DNA of 64,000 nucleotides from Anaerolineales bacterium (GTDB lineage Bacteria; Chloroflexota; Anaerolineae; Anaerolineales; UBA11858). A program made the position numbers and the translations under genes. Shown piece after piece: positions 38,058 to 47,764 of this stretch; positions within the stretch are counted from its first letter, which is position 1, and every line of letters begins with the position of its first letter. Under the pieces are notes generated by a model that was not told the origin of the DNA, did not search any database, and saw only the letters and a list, made by a program, of their open reading frames with translations. The DNA is taken from contig JAWLER010000001.1 in NCBI GenBank assembly GCA_041686005.1, forward strand, positions 95,756-159,755, written 5' to 3'.

Positions 38058-41000
38058 ATGTCTGACCATACACATTTTTCAGGGTGGAAGTACCTCGCAA
38101 TCGGGCTGGTCTTGATTGCGGCGATGGGCTGCAGACTCACCCAGGTGATCGATATCGATTTTTCGGACGATCAAACCATTCCCCTGGTCACAGATACCTC
38201 GGGGGAAGAAGAGGTCAGAGCTCAAAACGGAGACGGGGAGGATGAAATGCCCGGGTTAATTATCAACCTTAGCGATGGAAGTGCGCAGCCCGCACCCTCG
38301 GAAGGGCCCTCAGAAGTGATAGGTGAACCACTTTCCGAGGATCAAATTCAAGCGATCTTATCCCGATTGCCTGATTTGCCGGATGTGGAAGGGTTGCAGG
38401 TGGATTTCAAGCTCCCAGATGAGGTCTTGCCGCCTCCCCGGACAGGCCAGACCATCGACGTGGTCTTCCCCTCTCCGGATGAGATCGGAGGACCGGAGCC
38501 TGTAGAAGGTCAGCCTTTGAAGGTGTTGCGGTACTCTCCGGAAGGAGAGGTGCCCATTGCGCCTTTCATCAGCGTCACCTTTAACCAGCCCATGGTGCCC
38601 TTGGATACCCTGGAAGGTTTGGCGGATGAGGAGGTACCTGTTGAGGTCAGCCCGGATGTCTCGGGCACATGGCGCTGGCTGGGTACAAAAACCTTGAATT
38701 TCCAATCTGACTCGGAGGAGTATGACCGCCTGCCCATGGCCACTAAGTACCAGGTCACCATCCCGGAAGGGGTGGCGTCGATGTCTGGACAGGTATTGGA
38801 GGAAACGGTTCAGTTCGCATTCCAAACCCCACCTCCCACCCTGCAAACCTACTATCCTTCCAATGGACCCCACGCGCTGGAACCCCTGATGTTCGCTTCT
38901 TTTGACCAGCGTATTAATCCGGAAGCCGTCCTGGAAACGATCCATGTCTCCGCCGGGGGAGAGGAAGTGCCCGTCCGATTGGCAACGGAGGAAGAGGTCA
39001 AAGAGGATGAAAGGGTGAAGCGGATGGCAGAAGATGCCATGGAAGGGCGCTGGCTGGCTTTCCGGGCGGAAGAACCTTTCCCTGCCAATACGACCATCAC
39101 CGTGGATATCGGTCCCGGTACGCCTTCCGCGGAAGGTCCTCTGACGACGGAAAGCGGACAGGGATTCAGTTTTTATACCTACCCACCCCTCCAGATTGAA
39201 GATCACGGTTGCTTTTGGGGTGGTGAGGAATGTCGGCCGCTCACGCCGCTTTACATTCGATTCAACAACCCCTTGGATATAGACGCCTACGAGGAAGGCA
39301 TGCTCCGTATTCAACCGGAACTGCCCAATGCCTCGGTGGATGTGTACGGGAATACGATTAAAATCAGCGGAACGACGAAAGCCCGGACGACATATCGGGT
39401 GACCGTGGATGGGGAGATTAAAGATATCTACGGACAGACGTTGGGGAAAGATGAAACCCTGAGATTCCGGATTGGATCCGCTGAACCGCTCTTATTCGGG
39501 CCAGAGCAGACGCTGGTCACCCTTGATCCGGCTTCAAAGAAACCTGTTTTATCGCTGTATGCGATCAATTATGACCGCCTGGACGTGAAAATTTATGACG
39601 TGGAACCATCCCATTGGCCCGATTTTAGAAAGTACTTGCAGGATTACCAGCGACGGGAGGATCCCATGGATCCCCCCGGTGAATTGGTGTTTGATTCCTC
39701 CGTGCCTGTAGAAGGGGACGCGGATACCCTCACAGAGGTCCCCATTGATCTCAGCGAGGTGATGTCCGGGGAGTTCGGCCATTTTATAGTCATCGCCGAA
39801 CCGCCCAAGGAGCTGTTTAAAAAGGAACGGTACTGGGAAGTGGTCCAGGTCTGGGTCCAGGTCACGCAGATCGGGCTGGACGCCTTCGTGGATCACAGCG
39901 AGATGGTAGCTTGGACGACAGCGCTGAAAGACGGCACCTCCCTCCCGGATGTGAGCATCAGGGACGGGTCGCAGGATGTGCTTGATGTGACCGATCAGAA
40001 GGGTGTGGCGAACTTTGGGATCCCCGCTGGGGGCATCTCTTACCTGATAGCGTCGAAAGGCGGGGACAGCGCTTTGCTGCCCTCCTCATATTCCTATTGG
40101 GGGGAGGGTGGTTGGCAAAAGCGGTCTGTTTTGGATGAATTGCGCTGGTATGTCTTTGACGACCGCCAGATGTACAAGCCGGGGGAAGAGGTATTTGTCA
40201 AAGGCTGGATGCGGCGCATCGGCAGGACGGAGACCGGGGATGTGGAACTGGTCGGCCAAGGGATCACCGGCGTGCGCTATCAAGTCACCGGGCCCCAGGG
40301 GAATGAGATCATCCAAGGGCAAGCGGAAGTGAACGCTTGGGGCGGGTTTGACCTTTCCTTCAGACTGCCGGAAAACATCAACCTAGGAGCCGCTCAACTG
40401 GTATTGAGCCCTCTCGGCAGCGCTGGAGGGATGCAGGCGGGTCAGCATGTACATATGTTCCAGATTCAGGAGTTCCGCCGCCCCGAATTTGAGGTCAAAG
40501 CCCGCAACGAGACCACGGGGCCTTATTTCATCGGGGATCAGGCGGTGGTGGCTGTGGAAGCCAAATATTATGCCGGAGGCCCCTTGCCCAATGCGGATGT
40601 GGAATGGCGCGTGAACACCCAACCCACGAACTACCAGCCCCCGAACTGGCCGGATTTCACTTTTGGGATGTGGACACCGTGGTGGATGTTCTGGCAAGGC
40701 CCGGGGTATGAAGATGGGGGAGGGCACTATACCTTCTCCGGCAGGACGGATGCATCCGGGAATCATTTTTTGAAGGTGGATTTTGAAAGCGTGGAGACGC
40801 CTCGCCCCTACAGCCTGTTGGCGGAAGCCACCGTGATCGATGTCAACCGCCAGGCTTGGGCCAGCACCACCGATCTCATGGTCCATCCTGCGGACCTCTA
40901 CGTCGGCATGCGCACAGAGCGCTACTTCGTCCAGCAGGGGGACCCCATGGAGGTGGACCTCATCGTCACCGATCTGGATGGAGAGCCGGTCACGGATCGG

Positions 41001-44000
41001 CCCATCCAGGTAGAGGCCGCCCGACTGGAGTGGAAAGTTCAAGATGGCCGGTGGCAGGAAGAGGAAGTTGACGTTCAGGAGTGCAGCGAAGGTTCAGAGA
41101 ACGAACCCGTCACCTGCACCTTCGAGACGCCGGCAGGCGGTCGTTACCAGATCACGGCCAAAGTAACCGACAGCCAGGGTCGCGAGAACCAGAGCCGCAT
41201 TATACGCTGGGTGAGTGGGGGGCAGCGTCCTCCCTCCCGTAAGGTGGAGAAGGAAGAAGTCACCCTGGTGCCGGACAAAGAGACCTATCAACCCGGCGAT
41301 GTGGCGGAGATCTTGGTCCAAGCCCCGTTTGAGTCTGGGGAAGGTCTGCTGACCCTGGGCCGGGATGGGATCGTCGATACGAAACCTTTTTCATTCACAG
41401 AGGGGAGCACCACGCTTAACGTCCCCATCAAAGAGGCATATCTTCCCAACCTGCACTTGCAGGTGGATGTCGTGGGTTCAGCCCCTCGAACCGATGACCA
41501 AGGAGAGGCGCTGGGTGATGTCCCCCCGCGACCTGCCTACGCTTCAGGGCACATAAATCTGGAGATCCCGCCGTTAGACCGTACGTTATCTGTGAAAGCG
41601 GCGCTGGAAGATCAGGCTTTAGAGCCCGGTGGCGCGACGAATCTGAACCTGGAGGTAAAAGATGCCCGCGGAGAGCCGGTCCAAAATGCGGAATTGGCCG
41701 TGGTGGTGGTGGATGAAGCCATCCTGGCCTTGACGAATTACCGGCTGACCGATCCCCTGTCTGTTTTCTATCAGACCCGTCCGGCAGGTTTCAGCTCCTA
41801 TTACAGCCGGGCCAGTATCGTCCTCGTCGACCCCCGCTCCTTGCTGGAAGATGTCCAACAGGACGAGGCGTGGAATGCCGCACAACCGACCATGGTGGCT
41901 GAAGGGGCTCTGGAGATGGAAGTGGCAGAGGAGGAGGCCCCACTGGCGAAATCAGCGGATACAGCAGGCAGAGGTGCAGCGGAGGCACCGGGAGAGGAGC
42001 CCATCCAGGTCAGGACAGATTTCAACCCCCTGGCCACCTTTGCACCGGAAGTCCGGACCGATGCCCGGGGGGAAGCCAGCGTCCGCATCCAGGTGCCGGA
42101 CAATTTGACCCGCTACCGGGTCATGGTGGTGGCGGTGGATCAGGGTGGGAAGCAATTTGGTTCCGCGGAGACCAATCTGACCGCGCGTTTGCCGTTGATG
42201 GTCCGCCCCTCTGCCCCCCGTTTCTTGAATTTTGGGGATGTCTTTGAACTTCCTGTTGTCCTCCAAAACCAGACCGGTGAACCGTTTGAGGCGGATGTGG
42301 TCCTCCGGGCCAATAATCTCAACCTGGATGAGGAACAAGGGATGCGGGTCACGGTCCCGGCGAAGGACCGGATCGAAGTCCGCTTCCCGGCTTCCACCGA
42401 GATGGCGGGGACAGTCCATTTCCAGGTGGCAGCTGTAGCGGGGGATTATGAAGACGCTGCCTTTGGGGAGCTGCCCGTCTATACGCCGGCCACGACAGAG
42501 GCCTTCGCCACGTACGGGACGATCAATGAGGGAACGGTCATGCAGCCGGTAGCAGCCCCCGAGGATGTCTTCCCCCAGTTTGGCGGCCTGGAAGTCAATA
42601 CCTCTTCTACGGCGCTCCAAGCGCTGACCGATGCCGTTTTGTACCTGGTTTCCTATCCCTATGACTGCTCGGAGCAAATCGCCTCCCGGGTGCTGGGCAT
42701 CGCAGCTTTGCGGGATGTCCTCACCGCTTTCGAGGCGGAAGGATTGCCATCCCCACAGGCGTTGGAAAACGCGGTGGCGCGAGATGTGGAGGAACTGGAA
42801 CGCTTGCAGAATAACGATGGTGGGTTCCCGTATTGGCGCAAAGGGCTGGATTCCATCCCCTTCCATACCATTCATGTCGCTCATGCTCTGCAGCGGGCGG
42901 AGATGAAGGGGTTTGAGGTCCCGGATGAGATGCAGAATCGGCTCTTAACGTATCTGCGCGAGATCGAGCGCCACTATCCGTCCTGGTACGGGGAGGACAC
43001 GAGGAACACCCTCAGCGCCTATGCCCTCTATGTGCGGGATTTGATGGGGGACAGCGACCCGGTCAAAGCCAGGAATTTGTTGAATGACGCCGGGATTGAG
43101 GAGCTCCGCCTGGATGCTGTAGGTTGGATCTGGCAGGTTTTGATCGATTCCCCCGGCTCAGCCCTGGAATTGGAGACTATCCGCCGCCATGTGGGCAACC
43201 GGGTGGTGGAGACGGCCGGAGCGGCCAATTTCACAACCCGCTTTGACGATCAGAATTACCTCCTCCTGGGTTCGAACCGCCGCACGGACGCCATCCTTCT
43301 GGATGCCCTGATCGCCGATGATCCGGGCAGCGATCTCATTCCTAAAGTGGTCAATGGATTGTTAGCTCACCGAGAGAAGGGGCGCTGGCGGAACACACAG
43401 GAGAACGTATTCGTCCTCCTCGCTCTTGACCGCTATTTCAACACCTTTGAAAAGCAAACCCCTGAATTTGTGGCCCGCATCTGGCTGGGCGAGACCTATG
43501 CTGGTGCGCACACCTACGTGGGACGAACCACGGAGCGGAAAGAGACCCAGATCCCGATGTCCTTCTTGGTCGGAGAAGGGGAGGGGGAAACCCAGGACCT
43601 GATCATCGAGAAGGAAGGGCCAGGCCGGCTTTACTACCGCTTGGGTTTGATATACGCGCCCACCGATCTGGACCTGGATCCCCTGGAGATGGGGTTCGTC
43701 GTCCAGCGAGAGTATGAAGCGGTCGACGACCCCGAGGATGTCTGGCGAGACGAAGATGGGACCTGGCACATCAAAGCCGGGGCCCGGGTCCGGGTCAGGC
43801 TGACCATGGTGGCGGATAACCGCCGTTATCATGTCGCCCTGGTCGATCCCCTCCCGGCAGGCTTGGAGATCGTCAACCCCGCCTTGGCGGTGTCCGGCAG
43901 CATACCTGAGGATCCGAACAGTGAGGAGTACCGCTTTGGCTGGTGGTGGTGGTGGACCTGGTACAACCATCAGAACATGCGCGATGAGCGGGCGGAAGCC

Positions 44001-44156
44001 TTCACGCCATTGCTGTGGGATGGCGTTTATGAATATACCTATGTCGCCCGCGCCACCACACCTGGCACCTTCGTAGTGCCTCCCGCGAAAGCGGAGGAGA
44101 TGTATTCCCCCGAGGTCTTCGGACGCAGCAGCAGCGACCGGGTCATCGTGGAGTGA
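38058..44156 (+). CDS. bacterial alpha-2-macroglobulin family protein (2032 aa) with thioester motif and possible lipoprotein signal
   Basis: The size and repeated beta-rich MG-like segments fit the family. The thioester-type motif YPYDCSEQ lies at nt 42666-42677 (CSEQ). Also present are FPYW, a terpenoid-cyclase-like TED context, and a C-terminal GWWWWWTWYNHQNMRDERAEAF. The N-terminus is hydrophobic and ends in AAMGC. Confidence 0.85.
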   Translation: MSDHTHFSGWKYLAIGLVLIAAMGCRLTQVIDIDFSDDQTIPLVTDTSGEEEVRAQNGDGEDEMPGLIINLSDGSAQPAPSEGPSEVIGEPLSEDQIQAILSRLPDLPDVEGLQVDFKLPDEVLPPPRTGQTIDVVFPSPDEIGGPEPVEGQPLKVLRYSPEGEVPIAPFISVTFNQPMVPLDTLEGLADEEVPVEVSPDVSGTWRWLGTKTLNFQSDSEEYDRLPMATKYQVTIPEGVASMSGQVLEETVQFAFQTPPPTLQTYYPSNGPHALEPLMFASFDQRINPEAVLETIHVSAGGEEVPVRLATEEEVKEDERVKRMAEDAMEGRWLAFRAEEPFPANTTITVDIGPGTPSAEGPLTTESGQGFSFYTYPPLQIEDHGCFWGGEECRPLTPLYIRFNNPLDIDAYEEGMLRIQPELPNASVDVYGNTIKISGTTKARTTYRVTVDGEIKDIYGQTLGKDETLRFRIGSAEPLLFGPEQTLVTLDPASKKPVLSLYAINYDRLDVKIYDVEPSHWPDFRKYLQDYQRREDPMDPPGELVFDSSVPVEGDADTLTEVPIDLSEVMSGEFGHFIVIAEPPKELFKKERYWEVVQVWVQVTQIGLDAFVDHSEMVAWTTALKDGTSLPDVSIRDGSQDVLDVTDQKGVANFGIPAGGISYLIASKGGDSALLPSSYSYWGEGGWQKRSVLDELRWYVFDDRQMYKPGEEVFVKGWMRRIGRTETGDVELVGQGITGVRYQVTGPQGNEIIQGQAEVNAWGGFDLSFRLPENINLGAAQLVLSPLGSAGGMQAGQHVHMFQIQEFRRPEFEVKARNETTGPYFIGDQAVVAVEAKYYAGGPLPNADVEWRVNTQPTNYQPPNWPDFTFGMWTPWWMFWQGPGYEDGGGHYTFSGRTDASGNHFLKVDFESVETPRPYSLLAEATVIDVNRQAWASTTDLMVHPADLYVGMRTERYFVQQGDPMEVDLIVTDLDGEPVTDRPIQVEAARLEWKVQDGRWQEEEVDVQECSEGSENEPVTCTFETPAGGRYQITAKVTDSQGRENQSRIIRWVSGGQRPPSRKVEKEEVTLVPDKETYQPGDVAEILVQAPFESGEGLLTLGRDGIVDTKPFSFTEGSTTLNVPIKEAYLPNLHLQVDVVGSAPRTDDQGEALGDVPPRPAYASGHINLEIPPLDRTLSVKAALEDQALEPGGATNLNLEVKDARGEPVQNAELAVVVVDEAILALTNYRLTDPLSVFYQTRPAGFSSYYSRASIVLVDPRSLLEDVQQDEAWNAAQPTMVAEGALEMEVAEEEAPLAKSADTAGRGAAEAPGEEPIQVRTDFNPLATFAPEVRTDARGEASVRIQVPDNLTRYRVMVVAVDQGGKQFGSAETNLTARLPLMVRPSAPRFLNFGDVFELPVVLQNQTGEPFEADVVLRANNLNLDEEQGMRVTVPAKDRIEVRFPASTEMAGTVHFQVAAVAGDYEDAAFGELPVYTPATTEAFATYGTINEGTVMQPVAAPEDVFPQFGGLEVNTSSTALQALTDAVLYLVSYPYDCSEQIASRVLGIAALRDVLTAFEAEGLPSPQALENAVARDVEELERLQNNDGGFPYWRKGLDSIPFHTIHVAHALQRAEMKGFEVPDEMQNRLLTYLREIERHYPSWYGEDTRNTLSAYALYVRDLMGDSDPVKARNLLNDAGIEELRLDAVGWIWQVLIDSPGSALELETIRRHVGNRVVETAGAANFTTRFDDQNYLLLGSNRRTDAILLDALIADDPGSDLIPKVVNGLLAHREKGRWRNTQENVFVLLALDRYFNTFEKQTPEFVARIWLGETYAGAHTYVGRTTERKETQIPMSFLVGEGEGETQDLIIEKEGPGRLYYRLGLIYAPTDLDLDPLEMGFVVQREYEAVDDPEDVWRDEDGTWHIKAGARVRVRLTMVADNRRYHVALVDPLPAGLEIVNPALAVSGSIPEDPNSEEYRFGWWWWWTWYNHQNMRDERAEAFTPLLWDGVYEYTYVARATTPGTFVVPPAKAEEMYSPEVFGRSSSDRVIVE

Positions 44157-44187
44157 ACCTGCTTTCCTGAAATCAACTTTAGAAGAA

Positions 44188-44224
44188 AAAGACCCCAGGC
44201 GGTAATCGAACGTCTGGGGTCTTT
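44188..44224 (+). terminator. rho-independent terminator after the A2M gene
   Basis: AAAGACCCCAG..loop..CTGGGGTCTTT is flanked by an A-run upstream and followed by a short T-tract. Confidence 0.7.
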
Positions 44225-44581
44225 ACTATCTTGGGAAATGGGAAACGCTCCTGATTCCCCTGAGATGATCCGCTGGGTGCTGGCGCCTTATGGAATCAGC
44301 GATGTGGGTTGGTGGGGAAAGTATCTTGCGCATAGCCGAGTGATGTTCTGATCCTATCTTTACGGATAGGATCAGAGAGGGTGGACTTTTTGAGGGAAGG
44401 GAACCTGTTTACGGATGATTTGGGCTGGGCCGATGATCGATTGCTGGCCGGTTGTGTTAGGGGTATAATTCGATGAAATTATAACTGCTTGCATCGGTTT
44501 TCATTTGGAGTGATATATTTTAAATGGGGTGCGTTTGGTAGCGTTCGTTGATTATGCATGTCAATCAAAGGAGGAAGGGAG

Positions 44582-46213
44582 ATGGGAACGAAACGGGGAA
44601 GACAGCTTTTTGTGGTGATCGTTACCTTGATCGCGTCAATGCTGGCCTGCAATTTTGGGAGTGAACCGACGGTCGAGGTGGCGATTGAGAGCCCGGAGGA
44701 CGGCGCGACGGTAAATGTTGGCGAAGCGGTGGAGATCCTTTCCCATGCCAAAGCCAGCGCTGGGGTGGCGCGGGTCGAGTTGTGGGTCAACGGGGAAGTG
44801 GAGCGCATGGATGAACCGCCCACGGAGAACCCCACGGAATTCCGGGTCGCGCAGCCCTGGACGCCTGATGCCCCGGGGGAGGTGACCCTCTCCACGGTAG
44901 CCTACGATGGGGAGGGAAATATCTCATCCCCAGCCATCATCACCGTGCAGGTCGTTGGGGAGAGTGCCGTGGAGGTAACGCCGACGCCTTTTACGCCCGA
45001 GCCCACGGCGGAGGAAGAACCAACATCAGAGCCCACCGAGGAGGTTGAACCGACATCGGAGCCCACAGTGGAGGATGAATGCACCCTTGACGCCTCCTTT
45101 GTATCGGATGTCAGCATCCCGGATGGCACGGAGGTCGACCCCGGGGCATCTTTTGTCAAGATCTGGCGCGTAAAAAATAATGGGACCTGTGATTGGGAAG
45201 GGGGATTCCAGCTCTTGTACACCAGCGGAGATCAACTCGGCGGGCCCGCTTCTATCAATCTGCCCGTTGTCGCACCGGGGCAGGAAGTGGATCTCTCGGT
45301 TGATTTGACCGCACCGGTTGCACCAGGGACCTATCAAGGGGAGTGGCGGCTGCGGTCTGCGGATGGGGAGATCTTTGGGACCAACTTGATCGTGGAGATC
45401 GTCGTCCCGGCGCCTCCGACCGACACGCCCACACCCACAGCGACCTTGCATATCGTATTGACGGTAAAGCCTATCACATTGATACCGTTCTTTCCTTACA
45501 CGGAGTTGGTGGCCGAGCAGATCTCAATCAACTCGGGTGCCATTGGGTCCACCACTGCCACTTGCCCCAGCGGGAGCCTTTTGGTCAGCGGCGGGTTCGC
45601 GACACACCCTGATGTGCTGGTTTACACCCACTCGAGGAACGGCAACGGCTGGCGGGCCTATGCCAAGAACAACTCGGGTTCCAGCAAATTGCTCAATGTA
45701 TATGCTACTTGCTTGCATAATGCGTCCGGCGCTTCCATCACCCAAGTGGTCCAAAGTGTCATGGCGGCGGGTGGTGGTACCGGCCATCCCGTGGCTGCCT
45801 GCCCGTCCGGAAGCATCGTCACCGGCGGTGGGTGGGCCAGCAAATCAGACGGCAGTCTGTGGGTCTATAAAAGCTCTAAGTCGGGCAACGGCTGGCAGGT
45901 GTATGCCAAGAACTCCAGTGGATCGGGCAACCAGGTGAACGCCTACGCCATCTGCCTGTCGGGTGTCAGCGGCTTGACTGAGCAAATCATGCAGTCAACG
46001 AGCATCGCGGCCGGATCAACCGGGAGCGCTACTGCCACTTGTGGGAGCAATAAACTCGTCACCGGGGGCGGGTTTGCATCCCAGGATGATCTGGTGATGT
46101 ACAACACCTCCCCATATTTGACCGGAACGAATCAGTGGCGGACCTATGCCAAGAACACCGGAGGTTCCACCCGGACGATGTACGGGTACGCAGTCTGCCT
46201 CTCGTTCCCGTAA
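44582..46213 (+). CDS. secreted lipoprotein: Ig-like domain, P/T/E linker, NBR1/FW-like domain, three C-terminal Cys-bracketed repeats
   Basis: Signal with LIASMLAC. The FW-like block is FVSDVSIPDGTEVDPGASFVKIWRVKNNGTCDW..GTYQGEWRLRSADGEIFG. There are three repeats of the form C[PG]S..[VL][ST]GGG[FW]A..W..YAKN..G..Y[AG].CL. I prefer ATG 44582 over the track start 44558. Confidence 0.8.
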   Translation: MGTKRGRQLFVVIVTLIASMLACNFGSEPTVEVAIESPEDGATVNVGEAVEILSHAKASAGVARVELWVNGEVERMDEPPTENPTEFRVAQPWTPDAPGEVTLSTVAYDGEGNISSPAIITVQVVGESAVEVTPTPFTPEPTAEEEPTSEPTEEVEPTSEPTVEDECTLDASFVSDVSIPDGTEVDPGASFVKIWRVKNNGTCDWEGGFQLLYTSGDQLGGPASINLPVVAPGQEVDLSVDLTAPVAPGTYQGEWRLRSADGEIFGTNLIVEIVVPAPPTDTPTPTATLHIVLTVKPITLIPFFPYTELVAEQISINSGAIGSTTATCPSGSLLVSGGFATHPDVLVYTHSRNGNGWRAYAKNNSGSSKLLNVYATCLHNASGASITQVVQSVMAAGGGTGHPVAACPSGSIVTGGGWASKSDGSLWVYKSSKSGNGWQVYAKNSSGSGNQVNAYAICLSGVSGLTEQIMQSTSIAAGSTGSATATCGSNKLVTGGGFASQDDLVMYNTSPYLTGTNQWRTYAKNTGGSTRTMYGYAVCLSFP

Positions 46214-46255
46214 TGAACATGGGTTGTTAGATCCCAAGCGTTTGAACCGTTCAGC

Positions 46256-46293
46256 AAAAGCTGGCTCCACATTAGAGCCAGCTTTTTCCTTTG
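46256..46293 (+). terminator. rho-independent terminator
   Basis: AAAAGCTGGCTC-cacatta-GAGCCAGCTTTT (12-bp stem) followed by TCCTTTGG. Confidence 0.8.
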
Positions 46294-46450
46294 GCACCGT
46301 AAATACCCTTATGGTGAACTTTTTCACAAATCGTTCACTTCATCTTCACATCTTCTTCACAACTGTTATGTATCATCAACCCGGTATGAAATATGTGAGC
46401 TACGGGAAATGGATTTAAGACCTAAACGATGGGCGAAGAAGGAGAATGGT

Positions 46451-47110
46451 ATGGGGAAAAAAAGACGGATTGTATCTGAACAAACGAGGAATAACCTCAT
46501 CTTGGACAGCTTAATGGGGTTGGGGGGCATACTTTCTGCTTTATCCGGGGTTTATTTCCTGTTTTTACCGGTCGGCGGTTATCAAGGGGGTCGGAATCCC
46601 CTCCATGGGGTGACGGTGCTCTTTGAGCGTCACACCTGGAGCGAAATCCATACTTGGGCCAGTGTGGCCTTGATTGGGATAGCGGCGCTGCACATCCCCC
46701 TCCACTGGAGCTGGATCCTGAACATGAGCAAACGCGGTGCGCGGTTATTGTTTGGGGACTGCCAGTTGAATAAATACAGTCAATTTAACCTTGGTGTAAA
46801 CATTTTAATTGGTTTGAGCGGGTTGGTCACGGCGTTCAGCGGTTTGTATTTCCTGCTTGTACCCGGCGCGTCGCATGAATCTCTATTGACTGATCCGGGA
46901 TGGCTGTTCACCCGTTTGACCTGGGATTTGATCCATACCTGGAGTGGTGTGGTTTTTATATCGGCCATGGTGCTCCATATCTGGATCCACTGGAAATGGT
47001 TTTATAAAGTGGCCTTGCGGTATGGGGTGGTTTGGCGGAAGAGAATGTCCGGTCCGGTGCTGGAGGGGGGATCCACCGAGGTGGCTTCGGTCCCTGTGGA
47101 GGATCGATAA
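46451..47110 (+). CDS. DUF4405-like membrane protein (two repeats of a His-containing TM pair)
   Basis: The motif HTW[AS].V..I..A.LHI..HW.W occurs twice. AAGGAG lies 8 nt upstream of ATG 46451; the track start is 46409. Confidence 0.65.
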   Translation: MGKKRRIVSEQTRNNLILDSLMGLGGILSALSGVYFLFLPVGGYQGGRNPLHGVTVLFERHTWSEIHTWASVALIGIAALHIPLHWSWILNMSKRGARLLFGDCQLNKYSQFNLGVNILIGLSGLVTAFSGLYFLLVPGASHESLLTDPGWLFTRLTWDLIHTWSGVVFISAMVLHIWIHWKWFYKVALRYGVVWRKRMSGPVLEGGSTEVASVPVEDR

Positions 47111-47157
47111 TCAGGAAATCAATGTAGATGTACACGAGGATGTTGTGAGGTTAAATA

Positions 47158-47751
47158 ATGGTTAAGAAAATCGTTTTGTGGTCGATCTATGCTTTATTTG
47201 TCGGACTGCTTGTCTGGGGGGCGGTCAACCGCACGGTGGCGAAATCCGGCGCTGACAGCGGCGTCAGGCAGGAGGGGCTGGTGGGAGTTCAAGAAGGAGG
47301 CCGAGGGCTAAGCGGATATGGGGGAGGGGAGGGAAGCATTGAAGGCGCTGATTCTGGAGATTGTGAGAGTAGGGTAGAAGGCGGTGAGGGGAACCGGGGA
47401 CAGGGCAGCTTCGGGGGCGGGAAGCCGTCAGCCGGACATAGTGAGATTGGCCCGGAATCCGTTCCGGAGAATCATGAATGGCTGACGGTGGACGGGATTA
47501 TCGCTGCCGTGGATGGGGAGGGCATGCTTGTGGAAACCGAAGGCTATGGGGGTATTGAGGTTACCCGACGGGCCTGGAGGTTTGCACAAGAGTTGGGATA
47601 CGCCCCTCAAGTGGGGCATGAAGTGAAACTGGAAGGGTTTTTCGAAGGGGGTACGTTTGAAACGGCCGTTGTCCAGGATCTGACCTCCGGTCACACGATC
47701 CGGCTCCGGGATGAGACCGGGCGCCCCTTGTGGGCCGGTGGCGGGCGGTGA
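47158..47751 (+). CDS. hypothetical membrane-anchored protein with a Gly-rich linker and a C-terminal beta-rich domain
   Basis: N-terminal TM IVLWSIYALFVGLLVWGAV followed by a G/E/S-rich low-complexity segment. No family recognised. Confidence 0.5.
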   Translation: MVKKIVLWSIYALFVGLLVWGAVNRTVAKSGADSGVRQEGLVGVQEGGRGLSGYGGGEGSIEGADSGDCESRVEGGEGNRGQGSFGGGKPSAGHSEIGPESVPENHEWLTVDGIIAAVDGEGMLVETEGYGGIEVTRRAWRFAQELGYAPQVGHEVKLEGFFEGGTFETAVVQDLTSGHTIRLRDETGRPLWAGGGR

Positions 47752-47764
47752 ACGGTTGGAAATC

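Noticed and set aside
43939-43962. TGG microsatellite-like run (tggtggtggtggtgg)
   Set aside because: It simply encodes the W5 stretch of the conserved C-terminal GWWWWWTWY segment of the A2M protein. It is in frame and not a repeat element.
38358-43970. Several long minus-strand ORFs (38358-39314, 40383-41042, 41952-42884, 43362-43970) inside the A2M gene
   Set aside because: All are antisense to one continuous 2032-aa frame carrying A2M family motifs. They have no RBS or start context and are R/G/P-rich, so they are shadow ORFs.
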